Below the pieces are notes generated by a model that had not been told where the DNA came from, did not search any database, and saw only the letters and a program-made list of their open reading frames with translations. A DNA stretch of 40,522 nt from a virus, in the IMG/VR virus record IMGVR_UViG_3300048790_000037, positions 1 to 40,522 of that record; one strand, given 5' to 3'. Position numbers and translations under genes: made by a program. This document shows, piece after piece, positions 33,649 through 40,522 of this stretch (positions are counted from its first letter, which is position 1; the number at the start of each line of letters is the position of its first letter).

Positions 33649-34088
33649 TACTTGCTCCTTAGGGTTTGTGTTTTAATCTCTGTTGCTGTCACGCCGGGTA
33701 TCACTGTCCCGGCTGTTAGTGCTAGCTCTATGCGTTTCTCGTCTGGCGTGAGATAAGACATAGGCAGGGCTTCATAGTCTACGTCCTCGATCTTGTGGAT
33801 TACTTTGGTCTTGACGGTGCTACACACATAATCGGATAGCTGCTGCTGGCTGTCTCGATACGCTGTTGCATTCTTATTTGTGATATCCTCTAGCCATTCT
33901 AGGATATCTTTGACCTTGTATAACGTGCATAGCGTTTCCTTCAGCGCCTTGTGCAATCTACTCGCTTCAAGGAAAAGCTCGTAGTTCCGCTTGTATCCCC
34001 CTTCAGTGATCACCTCCAAATTGTAGGCCTCAGATAGCAAATCCCTTAAGCCGTTTTCGGTAGGTATTTGGATTTCCTGGTTATCCAT
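33648..34088 (-). CDS. Gp157-like protein (recombination-module partner)
   Basis: 146 aa, helical. C-terminal LPMSYLTPDEKRIELALTAGTVIPGVTATEI matches the Sipho_Gp157 tail (lP.ey....dK..I..aLk.G..vpGa). It is immediately upstream of erf. Confidence 0.55.
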   Translation of the reverse strand: MDNQEIQIPTENGLRDLLSEAYNLEVITEGGYKRNYELFLEASRLHKALKETLCTLYKVKDILEWLEDITNKNATAYRDSQQQLSDYVCSTVKTKVIHKIEDVDYEALPMSYLTPDEKRIELALTAGTVIPGVTATEIKTQTLRSK

Positions 34089-34278
34089 AGCAGGCCTCCT
34101 TAGCTTCTATGTAATCCTCCCACGTTTCCGCTGCTTCCGGCCAACTCCATTTGTGCCGACATTCGAAACATTCGAAACAATATTCATCATGATATTCCCA
34201 CGGCGCAAGCGCCCCGCATTCGGGGCACTCGTGAGTTAGTTCATCGTCGTCGATAGGGTGAATGTGAGAGTCTAGCAT
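34081..34278 (-). CDS. Zinc-finger small protein
   Basis: HECPECG...CFECFECRHKW. Confidence 0.5.
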   Translation of the reverse strand: MLDSHIHPIDDDELTHECPECGALAPWEYHDEYCFECFECRHKWSWPEAAETWEDYIEAKEACYG

Positions 34279-34523
34279 GATAACTCCCTAGGCGTTTCTA
34301 TATCGTCGATTTCAAGTATTTCGCAATATAAGTCATATACGATGGTGCGATTAGATTCGGCTAGCTTCAGCGCTTCGCATGCCCCGCAATCGTAACGATT
34401 GCTTATGTAAGCTTTGAAGGCTTCAAGATACTCGCTGTTTAACTGCTTGTACTTTTCCCATACAGTCCTCTGGTATTTCTTGCCCAAATTTTGGGCATAG
34501 GGTAACGTGTGTGATATACTCAT
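34272..34523 (-). CDS. Hypothetical protein
   Basis: 83-aa ORF in the leftward operon. Confidence 0.5.
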   Translation of the reverse strand: MSISHTLPYAQNLGKKYQRTVWEKYKQLNSEYLEAFKAYISNRYDCGACEALKLAESNRTIVYDLYCEILEIDDIETPRELSC

Positions 34524-34544
34524 GTTCTTTCCTCAGTTAAGTCG

Positions 34545-34569
34545 GCCCGGGCAGTAACCCGGGCTTTTT
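34545..34569 (+). terminator. Plus-oriented GC hairpin plus T5 between two minus-strand genes
   Basis: GCCCGGG, loop CAGTAA, CCCGGGC, followed by TTTTT on the plus strand only. Confidence 0.5.
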
Positions 34570-34576
34570 GTTAGTG

Positions 34577-34870
34577 TTAGGCGTCGTCTGTTTGTCGACG
34601 TATCGCTTCTACTTCTGCATAGTCGTAGAAAAATTCATTGTCATAGGTGTACCATCGCTTGCTCTCGATCATATGTTCTAAAAAATAATGGTACTTCACT
34701 AAGTAGGCTGAGTAGTCAATAGCCTTAAGCACGTAGCTTGTCGTGAATTCAGATCCCGCGATATTCCACACGGGATAGCGTTCATCTAAATCGTTTTCAA
34801 AAGCCTCTACCGTTGCTATAGGGCGCAATTTGACTTCTACTTTTTCTATTAGTTCTTTTTCCGCGTTCAT
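34577..34870 (-). CDS. Hypothetical acidic/aromatic protein
   Basis: 97-aa ORF in the leftward operon. Confidence 0.5.
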   Translation of the reverse strand: MNAEKELIEKVEVKLRPIATVEAFENDLDERYPVWNIAGSEFTTSYVLKAIDYSAYLVKYHYFLEHMIESKRWYTYDNEFFYDYAEVEAIRRQTDDA

Positions 34871-35349
34871 GCTGCTATATACTCCCTCTTGTTAATATTT
34901 TTAATAACTTCGCTTCCGTGTCTAGCTCTGATACTTGCTAGATCCATGCTGCCATACCTACGCTTGCGCTCTGTATCCTTGCGCCAATACCATGCCAGTT
35001 TCTTAGAGGCCCAAAGAAACCCGGCTTGCTTAAGTAAATCCCGAGCCGGACGTGTGTCCCCCGTTACCCATAGCCAGTTACCGCACAATTCTACTAGCAC
35101 GCCAGGTATTGCTAGAATCTCGTATAGTTTCTCTGCAACTTCCATACACTCTGCAAGCAGGTCGTCTGTCTCGGTAGCAGTCTTGCCAGCGGCTTGATAG
35201 GCCCCGCCCAACGCTTGCTCATACTGCCTGTTGAGCTCTTTCATGGTTTCGACGCAACCGCCTAAATCGGGATGATATTTCTTGGCTAGGGTCTTATAAA
35301 CAGCCTTGACCGATTCAATGTCGGCTAGGCCTTCAAAACACTTGATCAT
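34867..35349 (-). CDS. J-domain (DnaJ-like) protein
   Basis: VKAVYKTLAKKYHPDLGG contains the HPD motif. The C-terminus has WLWVTGDTRPARDLLKQAGFLWASKKLAWYW. Confidence 0.8.
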   Translation of the reverse strand: MIKCFEGLADIESVKAVYKTLAKKYHPDLGGCVETMKELNRQYEQALGGAYQAAGKTATETDDLLAECMEVAEKLYEILAIPGVLVELCGNWLWVTGDTRPARDLLKQAGFLWASKKLAWYWRKDTERKRRYGSMDLASIRARHGSEVIKNINKREYIAA

Positions 35350-35573
35350 GTCCTCTCCTTAATTGGTTTCCATAGCCCGCAATTGTCTTGAGTGATATAA
35401 AAACAGCACCTCAAGCCGTGTTTTACCGGTATGCGAAAATCGCCTGGTCTAGTTTTCCAAAGCTTGGTCGCCCCGTTGCGCCTAGCCCGCAAGGCAGTCT
35501 TGTCAGCGTTGGTGGCGCTAACGCGCTCGTAGTGGTTGGCGTTTATGTAGTCCGTTATTGTGTATGTCATCAT
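35346..35573 (-). CDS. Hypothetical protein
   Basis: 75-aa ORF with AAGGA-type SD. Confidence 0.5.
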   Translation of the reverse strand: MMTYTITDYINANHYERVSATNADKTALRARRNGATKLWKTRPGDFRIPVKHGLRCCFYITQDNCGLWKPIKERT

Positions 35574-35613
35574 GTCCTTTCCTTAAGTGAGCGCCCGGCG
35601 GACCGGGCATAGG

Positions 35614-35883
35614 TTAAATCTTTCGGTACGTGAGTATCAGCTTGCCATCTTCATATATTTCAGCTGTTGACTCATCGGGAAAGTTCATATCGCTGGCTTT
35701 CGGGAAGTGAACCCAGCTTTCGACCTCTTTCCCGTCCCGCCGAACGGTCTTAAACGCCACCGAATTGGTTTTCTTGCGCACGATAGAACGTGTGCCCATG
35801 TCTCCATTATATATGTGGTTGAAGCAGTGCCATTCTGTCCCGATTGCCATTGCACGCTTTAAATCCGCTAGTGTCTTCATCAT
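35614..35883 (-). CDS. Hypothetical protein
   Basis: 89-aa ORF with AAGGAGAGG SD. Confidence 0.55.
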   Translation of the reverse strand: MMKTLADLKRAMAIGTEWHCFNHIYNGDMGTRSIVRKKTNSVAFKTVRRDGKEVESWVHFPKASDMNFPDESTAEIYEDGKLILTYRKI

Positions 35884-36020
35884 GTCCTCTCCTTAGTTTT
35901 GTGCGTGTAGGGGCTTCTGCGGGTAGATAACTCGCTGTCTTTGCGATATTCCGCTCTGTATCTTGTGCTTTCCATTGCTAGATCCTTTGCTCGCCTAGGT
36001 TTATTTATTTCCAATTCCAT
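35880..36020 (-). CDS. Possible 46-aa basic ORF
   Basis: Manually translated as MELEINKPRRAKDLAMESTRYRAEYRKDSELSTRRSPYTHKTKERT. TAAGGA lies upstream, and its stop overlaps the next start (ATGATG). Confidence 0.3.
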   Translation of the reverse strand: MELEINKPRRAKDLAMESTRYRAEYRKDSELSTRRSPYTHKTKERT

Positions 36021-36035
36021 AGATCCTTAGTCCTG

Positions 36036-36230
36036 CTAGTTAAAAAATCCGTCTGTCATCAACGCCTTGGGACAGTCTTCATGTCCTGCAATCACAATCC
36101 ACGCAACGGTGTCATTTCCCTCGGGACCGGCTAGCAGTATCTCGACAGGTCTAGGATCTTCCCATCCTACGCATCCGTTCGCTGCAGCCTCAGCGTCTGC
36201 CTCTGTCTTAAATCTCTTGTAGGTCATCAT
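36036..36230 (-). CDS. Small acidic protein, first gene of the leftward early operon
   Basis: 64 aa with GAGGA SD and a net negative charge. Confidence 0.55.
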   Translation of the reverse strand: MMTYKRFKTEADAEAAANGCVGWEDPRPVEILLAGPEGNDTVAWIVIAGHEDCPKALMTDGFFN

Positions 36231-36327
36231 AATGTCCTCGTTAAGTGTTCTGTCGTTTGCTTGTCTGCTTGCTACACGCTACAACTATCTCTGTGTTACT
36301 AGAGTAAGGAGACTGTGTATGTGAGAC

Positions 36328-36356
36328 ATTATGCAACAACGCGGAATATCTTGCAA
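36328..36356 (-). promoter_or_regulatory. Leftward early promoter (PL-like)
   Basis: On the minus strand: TTGCAA (36356..36351), 17-nt spacer, CATAAT (36333..36328). Confidence 0.6.
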
Positions 36357-36449
36357 CATTTTTTCGCAAGACGTCTCATTTTTTTCCGACTTGTTCCAAC
36401 TTATGTCACATATACAAGCTCCCGCAAAATGAAAAGACGTCCCGCAAAC

Positions 36450-36478
36450 TTGCATCTTATGCCGATATGTGCTATAGT
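36450..36478 (+). promoter_or_regulatory. Rightward early promoter (PR-like) with extended -10
   Basis: TTGCAT (36450..36455), 17-nt spacer, TGcTATAGT (-10 at 36473..36478). GGAGG and ATG 36497 follow. Confidence 0.7.
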
Positions 36479-36496
36479 GTATGTCGGAGGCGATGA

Positions 36497-36718
36497 ATGG
36501 ATTTAAAAAGGTATTTAATAAGCAAAGGTTTGACGATCATTCAGTTCGAGGCGATTAGTGGCATACGACGGTCAAACTTGTATCGAGCGATACACGGCAA
36601 AAAGATGAATCCCGAGAACGTGAGAAAGCTACACGAGGCTAGCCACGGGGAGATCGACGTGACGGAGTATAGCAGATGGTATGAGGTGAGGGATGGGCAG
36701 TACGACGGATACGCATAG
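36497..36718 (+). CDS. Cro/XRE-like HTH regulator
   Basis: LTIIQFEAISGIRRSNLYRAIHGK is HTH-like. It is the first gene after the rightward promoter. Confidence 0.6.
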   Translation: MDLKRYLISKGLTIIQFEAISGIRRSNLYRAIHGKKMNPENVRKLHEASHGEIDVTEYSRWYEVRDGQYDGYA

Positions 36719-37178
36719 CAAGTCCTTATCCGCTTATCCTGATCCCATGACAATCTTGGATGCGGCTGAGTACACACATACAAGCAAGCAAGCGGTAGGC
36801 GCGATGATCAAGCGCGGTAGGATCAAAGCTACTCGGGTGGGTCGACACTTCGCGATATCGCATGCAGACCTTGAGCACGCTCTACTAAACAAGTATAGTC
36901 GGGTAGACCTGCGTTATGCGGGCAAGCGTGTGTATGATCACGCTCAAGGCTTAATCAGCGCGATTTACGCTAGGCACATGCTAGCTTCGGTGTTGGGTAG
37001 GCCGGTCACTATGCAACACGTGTACTACTGTATTCGCGTGGGGCAACTGCGAGCGATGCGATGCGGTCACGTGTGGGTGATCAAGCACGGTGACGCGATA
37101 GCGTGGATCCAGTCTAGGCTCGAGGCCGAGGGGGCGGGGGAGGGGGTCAAGGCCGGTAATGGGAACGGAGTAAGGTAA
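36693..37178 (+). CDS. Protein with two excisionase/MerR-type HTH repeats
   Basis: ILDAAEYTHTSKQAVGAMIKRGRIKATRVGRHFAISHADL and LGRPVTMQHVYYCIRVGQLRAMRCGHVWVIKHGD. GAGGTGAGGG SD. Confidence 0.6.
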   Translation: MGSTTDTHSKSLSAYPDPMTILDAAEYTHTSKQAVGAMIKRGRIKATRVGRHFAISHADLEHALLNKYSRVDLRYAGKRVYDHAQGLISAIYARHMLASVLGRPVTMQHVYYCIRVGQLRAMRCGHVWVIKHGDAIAWIQSRLEAEGAGEGVKAGNGNGVR

Positions 37179-37190
37179 CGGTCCTTAGGC

Positions 37191-37290
37191 CTAATATAAA
37201 TATTACAACCGCCCAAAACCTATAGTCCGATAAAAACAACTCTAATCCAAAAACCCGAGAATTACAACAACACCCAAACAAATTATTATC
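37191..37290 (+). promoter_or_regulatory. C-rich, G-poor untranslated tract with two ATTACAAC..CCCAAAC direct repeats (candidate rut/Rho site)
   Basis: Hand count over 100 nt gives 27 C and 5 G. The repeats start at 37202 and 37261. Confidence 0.4.
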
Positions 37291-37439
37291 AGACGGACAT
37301 AATAAGGATCAGGAGCAGCAGAAAATATCTAACCAAGAAACAAGTGGTGGAGGAGCATCACGAGGGAGGAACGTGATAGATAACGGTTGCAAAATCCAAA
37401 TATATGCTGTATCTGTTTTGTCATGAAACGAGGACACCT

Positions 37440-37715
37440 ATGGAAAGAGACGAGGGCATGACAGCAGAAGCGCGGGAGGTGGCAAACGAGATATCCGTTA
37501 TACTGAAAAAAACTATAATGGACCATTTCAACAGCAGACCTGGCAGATGCGTAAGAGCGCACATGATAGGGACGTGTGAGTCTATAGCTATAATCATGGT
37601 AGACATCATCATAAGCATGGCAGAGCAGCCGAAACAATCTCTTACGCTGCTAAACGAGTTAAGCCACGAGTATATGGCTGAAAGGCTCGCCCTGGAGAAA
37701 CCCTATGGAATCTAA
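37440..37715 (+). CDS. Small helical protein, paralogue A of a tandem family
   Basis: GAGGA SD 5 nt upstream of ATG 37440, which is internal to ORF 37404..37715. Core: GTCESIAIIMVDIIISMAEQPKQSLTLLNELSHEYM. Confidence 0.55.
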   Translation: MERDEGMTAEAREVANEISVILKKTIMDHFNSRPGRCVRAHMIGTCESIAIIMVDIIISMAEQPKQSLTLLNELSHEYMAERLALEKPYGI

Positions 37716-37968
37716 GCAAACAAGCGAACGCGAAGCCGTTCTTATAGACATATATCGACGGGTGAGGCAAGCAACACTCGATGTATTTGACGAGCATGAG
37801 ATTGTAGATCCGTGGAAAATCATGACACTGGCATGTGAGGCGTACATGATATCAGCAATAACATTGATATTAAACAACTGTGAAAAACCCGAAGAGATGT
37901 TTGACGACCTATGTGAGGCTGCCAAACTAGAAATGCGTACAGTGACTAATAAAAGAGAAAGGGAATGA
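37705..37968 (+). CDS. Small helical protein, paralogue B
   Basis: Core LACEAYMISAITLILNNCEKPEEMFDDLCEAAKLEM aligns without gaps to paralogue A. Confidence 0.55.
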   Translation: MESKQTSEREAVLIDIYRRVRQATLDVFDEHEIVDPWKIMTLACEAYMISAITLILNNCEKPEEMFDDLCEAAKLEMRTVTNKRERE

Positions 37969-38016
37969 AACATTCCGATTCCGACCAGTACATAAAATCT
38001 CTCAAGAAGAGGGAAG

Positions 38017-38220
38017 ATGCATAAGTATCTCGAAGAATCGCTGGACACCGTGGTAAAGACGTGGGGACTCAATGAAGACGAGACTTTCTGGCTGCATAAT
38101 CTTGTGCATTATTATATATACCGCATGAGATGCAAGCAGATGAGTATAAAGGTGCCTGACGCGATGGCAGAGTCTATCAAGAACACGGAAGATTACTGGG
38201 GGCAATTTCGTGAACAGTGA
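38017..38220 (+). CDS. Hypothetical small protein
   Basis: 67-aa ORF within the array. It is not obviously related to the paralogues. Confidence 0.45.
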   Translation: MHKYLEESLDTVVKTWGLNEDETFWLHNLVHYYIYRMRCKQMSIKVPDAMAESIKNTEDYWGQFREQ

Positions 38221-38236
38221 CAAGGAAAGTAGAGAT

Positions 38237-38512
38237 ATGGCACAGGAGCTAGACCTTTTGCTGCCTGAGTTATGCAAACAGATTTTTACTACTGTGATAA
38301 AGTATGTGGAGCAAAAATCACCGGATGATCCACCACACCAGTTCTATATAGGAATAAACGCATGTGTTCTCTCGGCTTTGGGGATGACAGATGCGTTGTG
38401 CGAGATGTTAGGCCAACCTGATGCGGCAATAAAAGTCTTTGATATGGCCGTGGAAATAGCTAGAAATCGAAAAAAGTTAGCGGACGAGGATAACGATGGC
38501 CAGACCACCTAG
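38237..38512 (+). CDS. Small helical protein, paralogue C
   Basis: Core NACVLSALGMTDALCEMLGQPDAAIKVFDMAVEIAR aligns without gaps to A and B. A GTG at 38210 is an alternative start. Confidence 0.5.
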   Translation: MAQELDLLLPELCKQIFTTVIKYVEQKSPDDPPHQFYIGINACVLSALGMTDALCEMLGQPDAAIKVFDMAVEIARNRKKLADEDNDGQTT

Positions 38513-38732
38513 TATTATGGATGCTCCGTCAGTTAATACGCATGTGATGACATTATGCGGGGAGCTGCTACTGACGGCACAGGAGTACATGTCTATCAAT
38601 TCTGTGGACGATCAGTATTACCGGAAGAAAATCGTCGCTAGGGCTATGTCTCTGGCTTTCAGGGTGGTGAAGCGTGGAGAGCTCAGCACACCAGAAGAAA
38701 TACTAGAGGAGATGATACGCGAGATGTCTTAA
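38496..38732 (+). CDS. Small helical protein, possible divergent paralogue D
   Basis: HVMTLCGELLLTAQEYM resembles B (IMTLACEAYM). It also has a C-terminal STPEEILEEMIREM. Confidence 0.5.
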   Translation: MARPPSIMDAPSVNTHVMTLCGELLLTAQEYMSINSVDDQYYRKKIVARAMSLAFRVVKRGELSTPEEILEEMIREMS

Positions 38733-38739
38733 TGGGAAG

Positions 38740-39069
38740 ATGGTCGCGAGTCACAGGAGAGCTATTTTGGACTATCCAAAAGAAATAACGTGGCAGGGGA
38801 CGTTAACTAACGCCAAGAACAAGGCAAGAAACTGGACGAGCGTCAGAGAGCATGTCCCACCGGAAGGTAAATTTTGCCTAGCCTACTCAAAAGTACACGG
38901 CGTCTACCATATCGCGGCGTGGTCTGCTGCTAGAGGGTGGGTAGACCAGTTAGGTGAAAGATTTTCGGTTATCACGCACTGGTGCGACGAGGACCTTGAC
39001 ATGCCTTATGCTATAACAGGAGAAATCAATATGGAATCGGCCAAGGAATATGGCCTTGCGAGAGAGTAA
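38740..39069 (+). CDS. DUF551-like protein
   Basis: NWTSVREHVPPEGKFCLAY...IAAWSAARGWVDQLGERFSVITHW. Confidence 0.55.
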   Translation: MVASHRRAILDYPKEITWQGTLTNAKNKARNWTSVREHVPPEGKFCLAYSKVHGVYHIAAWSAARGWVDQLGERFSVITHWCDEDLDMPYAITGEINMESAKEYGLARE

Positions 39070-39155
39070 AGAATTTTCTAATCACTTTCCCCTTCTCAAA
39101 AAATGTCTAGTTATCCTATTAGCTGAATTTAGCGCGGGTTAAATCCAGGTAGGGA

Positions 39156-39602
39156 TTGTATCAGTTCGAGATCATAGGTATACCAAGAGCACAGAAGCAG
39201 ACGAGGTTCGTTACGAAAGGCGGTAAGTCCTGGAGTTACGACCCTAGCCAGAAGGACAAAGAGCAGATCCAATGGCAGATCAAGCCTATGGCGCCGGAGA
39301 AGCTGTTGGACGGCCCTGTCGAGCTTACCATAGCGTTCTTCATGCCTATACCCAAGTCGGCTAGCAGGGCCCTTAGAACGCAGATGATCAACAGGGTAAT
39401 ATTGCCTGACGTTAAGCCGGACGAGGACAACATGGCCTACCTTATAAGCAATGCCTTGAAAAGTATCGTTTATGACGACGACAAACGCGTCTGTGTCAAG
39501 CATGTGTACAAATTCTACGGGGAGACGCCTAAGACGGTGATACGGGTGAGGCCTATATTGCAGGCGGAGCCATTAGGGTTTAGAGATGCAGATGATATTT
39601 GA
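39156..39602 (+). CDS. rusA: RusA-family Holliday junction resolvase
   Basis: PDVKPDEDNMAYLISNALKSIVYDDDKRV matches the RusA catalytic core (kPD.DN..K...Dal.g..y.DD.qv). TTG start. Confidence 0.85.
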   Translation: MYQFEIIGIPRAQKQTRFVTKGGKSWSYDPSQKDKEQIQWQIKPMAPEKLLDGPVELTIAFFMPIPKSASRALRTQMINRVILPDVKPDEDNMAYLISNALKSIVYDDDKRVCVKHVYKFYGETPKTVIRVRPILQAEPLGFRDADDI

Positions 39603-39774
39603 AGACGATATAGAAGGTATGGATCATTTGGAAGTCATAATGACTCCCGGGGAGGTGTCTTCTCTTAGGAAGGACGGCTATATCTGCCAGGATCTTAAGG
39701 CAGAAAAATTCAGGCCTAGGCCAGTCAACGTTTTTATCAGAATCCTCAAGAAAGGAGAGTCAAGTGCCCTTTAA
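39586..39774 (+). CDS. Hypothetical small protein
   Basis: 62-aa ORF with a 17-nt overlap with rusA. Confidence 0.45.
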   Translation: MQMIFEDDIEGMDHLEVIMTPGEVSSLRKDGYICQDLKAEKFRPRPVNVFIRILKKGESSAL

Positions 39775-39922
39775 ATCCAAGGCCCAGCAGGCATATTTAT
39801 TCGCCAACGAACCATCGGTGGCCAAGGAGTTTGCTGAACACACGCGTAAATCAGCGTATAAGAAGCTCCCGGAGCACGTAAAGAAGAAAGCTAAGAGCAA
39901 ATCCAAAGGGAAGAAAAAATGA
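39764..39922 (+). CDS. Small basic protein with FKSKAQQ motif (52 aa)
   Basis: GTG start 5 nt after AAAGGAGAG. Translation is VPFKSKAQQAYLFANEPSVAKEF...KKKAKSKSKGKKK. Its stop overlaps the next ATG (ATGA). Confidence 0.45.
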   Translation: MPFKSKAQQAYLFANEPSVAKEFAEHTRKSAYKKLPEHVKKKAKSKSKGKKK

Positions 39923-40365
39923 CATCCAATTTGACCACCGACGGTTTTAAAGACAAGACTATCATAGATGAAGGAGTCCCGGAAGGACACATTTTGTATT
40001 ACAAATTGATGTACCAAGGATACAAGGCACGACTAAAAGAAGAATCACTCAAGTCCACAAATTATCGAATAGCATGTGAAAAATGGAAGGGAAATGCTTC
40101 GTATCTAGCCGGACTGCTCCTAGAAAAAGACAAGACTATCCACGATCTAAAGGCCAAGTATTCCACTGACATGACGAGCGATCAGATGGAACAAAAGAAT
40201 GCCCAGATTCGCAAATTAAGCGCTGAGAACGCAGACTTAGTCACGCTTGTAAATGCCTTAACAGCTCAGAGGCATAAGTTAAATACACAGCTTCAAGCAC
40301 AGAATAGCTCATGTGAAGAAGCCTGGGATCGCATAAGAGAAATCATGGAGGCATTAAATGATTAA
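39919..40365 (+). CDS. Coiled-coil protein
   Basis: 148 aa with a long heptad-like C-terminal half (QMEQKNAQIRKLSAENADLVTLVNALTAQRHKLNTQLQAQ). Confidence 0.55.
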   Translation: MTSNLTTDGFKDKTIIDEGVPEGHILYYKLMYQGYKARLKEESLKSTNYRIACEKWKGNASYLAGLLLEKDKTIHDLKAKYSTDMTSDQMEQKNAQIRKLSAENADLVTLVNALTAQRHKLNTQLQAQNSSCEEAWDRIREIMEALND

Positions 40366-40522
40366 GTGGACGCTAATATTTAGAGACAACACCCAGCTGC
40401 CTATCATACTGACAACACATGAAGACCATAAAGAGCTTATAGACAGGCTGGCATTTCAACGCGCAAAGATAAGTACACCTAACGACATTCTTTACGTGGA
40501 CCTAGATGAGGTTAAGGTTGGT
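40358..40522 (+). CDS. Hypothetical protein, N-terminal part (continues at 128 after the repeat, ends at 208)
   Basis: ATG 40358 overlaps the upstream stop (ATGATTAA). The frame stays open to the window end and continues across the junction. Confidence 0.5.
   Translation, partial: MIKWTLIFRDNTQLPIILTTHEDHKELIDRLAFQRAKISTPNDILYVDLDEVKVG
40396..40522. repeat. Terminal direct repeat copy 2 (identical to 1..127)
   Basis: Exact 127-nt identity with the window start. Confidence 0.95.

Noticed and set aside
36693-37178. The excisionase-type HTH protein as evidence of a temperate, integrating lifestyle.
   Set aside because: No integrase, attP-like site or CI-type repressor was found. This HTH fold is also used by non-excisive regulators and small terminases.
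1-40522. CRISPR arrays, rRNA genes, transposases or IS elements.
   Set aside because: No spaced direct-repeat arrays, no rRNA-like conserved stretches and no DDE or serine/tyrosine recombinase signatures were seen in any frame.

Overview
The window is a complete, circularly closed genome of a tailed dsDNA phage. The first 127 nt are identical to the last 127 nt, so the unique length is about 40.4 kb.

Layout:
- A sigma70-type divergent promoter region lies at about 36.23-36.50 kb.
- It drives a leftward early operon (36230 down to 30588). This carries an ERF recombinase, a Gp157-like protein, a J-domain protein, a replisome-organizer-like protein and many small ORFs.
- It also drives a rightward transcription series that crosses the contig junction. 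In order: Cro-like and excisionase-like HTH proteins, an array of small proteins, RusA, small ORFs, a TerS-like protein, TerL and an RNA ligase.
- The virion module follows in T7-like podovirus order: portal, scaffold, capsid, decoration proteins, adaptor/tubular/nozzle proteins, internal virion proteins and four fibre/spike genes.

I could not recognise an RNA polymerase, DNA polymerase, primase/helicase, integrase, CI-type repressor, endolysin, tRNA or CRISPR array. Strong AAGGAG-type ribosome binding sites and TTGACA/TATAAT-like promoters argue for a host with canonical sigma70 and Shine-Dalgarno usage.

Most notable observations:
1. The major capsid gene is split into three exons by two tandem, mutually homologous group I introns. 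One carries a LAGLIDADG homing endonuclease.
2. A conserved 19-nt motif occurs exactly three times. Each copy sits at the restart of rightward late transcription, just after a lone counter-oriented gene; one of those genes encodes a ParB/DGQHR-like protein.
3. A small Zn-ribbon protein ends in a TacA/DUF1778-antitoxin-like motif, and an A8 slippery run could fuse it to the upstream ORF.
4. A stand-alone RNA ligase sits behind a 225-nt structured leader that ends in a terminator.
5. A tandem array of diverged small helical paralogues follows a C-rich, G-poor tract.
6. There are autonomous moron-like units and a counter-oriented gene with its own promoter inside the early operon.

All calls rest on reading the sequence and ORF translations by eye. 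No database search was run.
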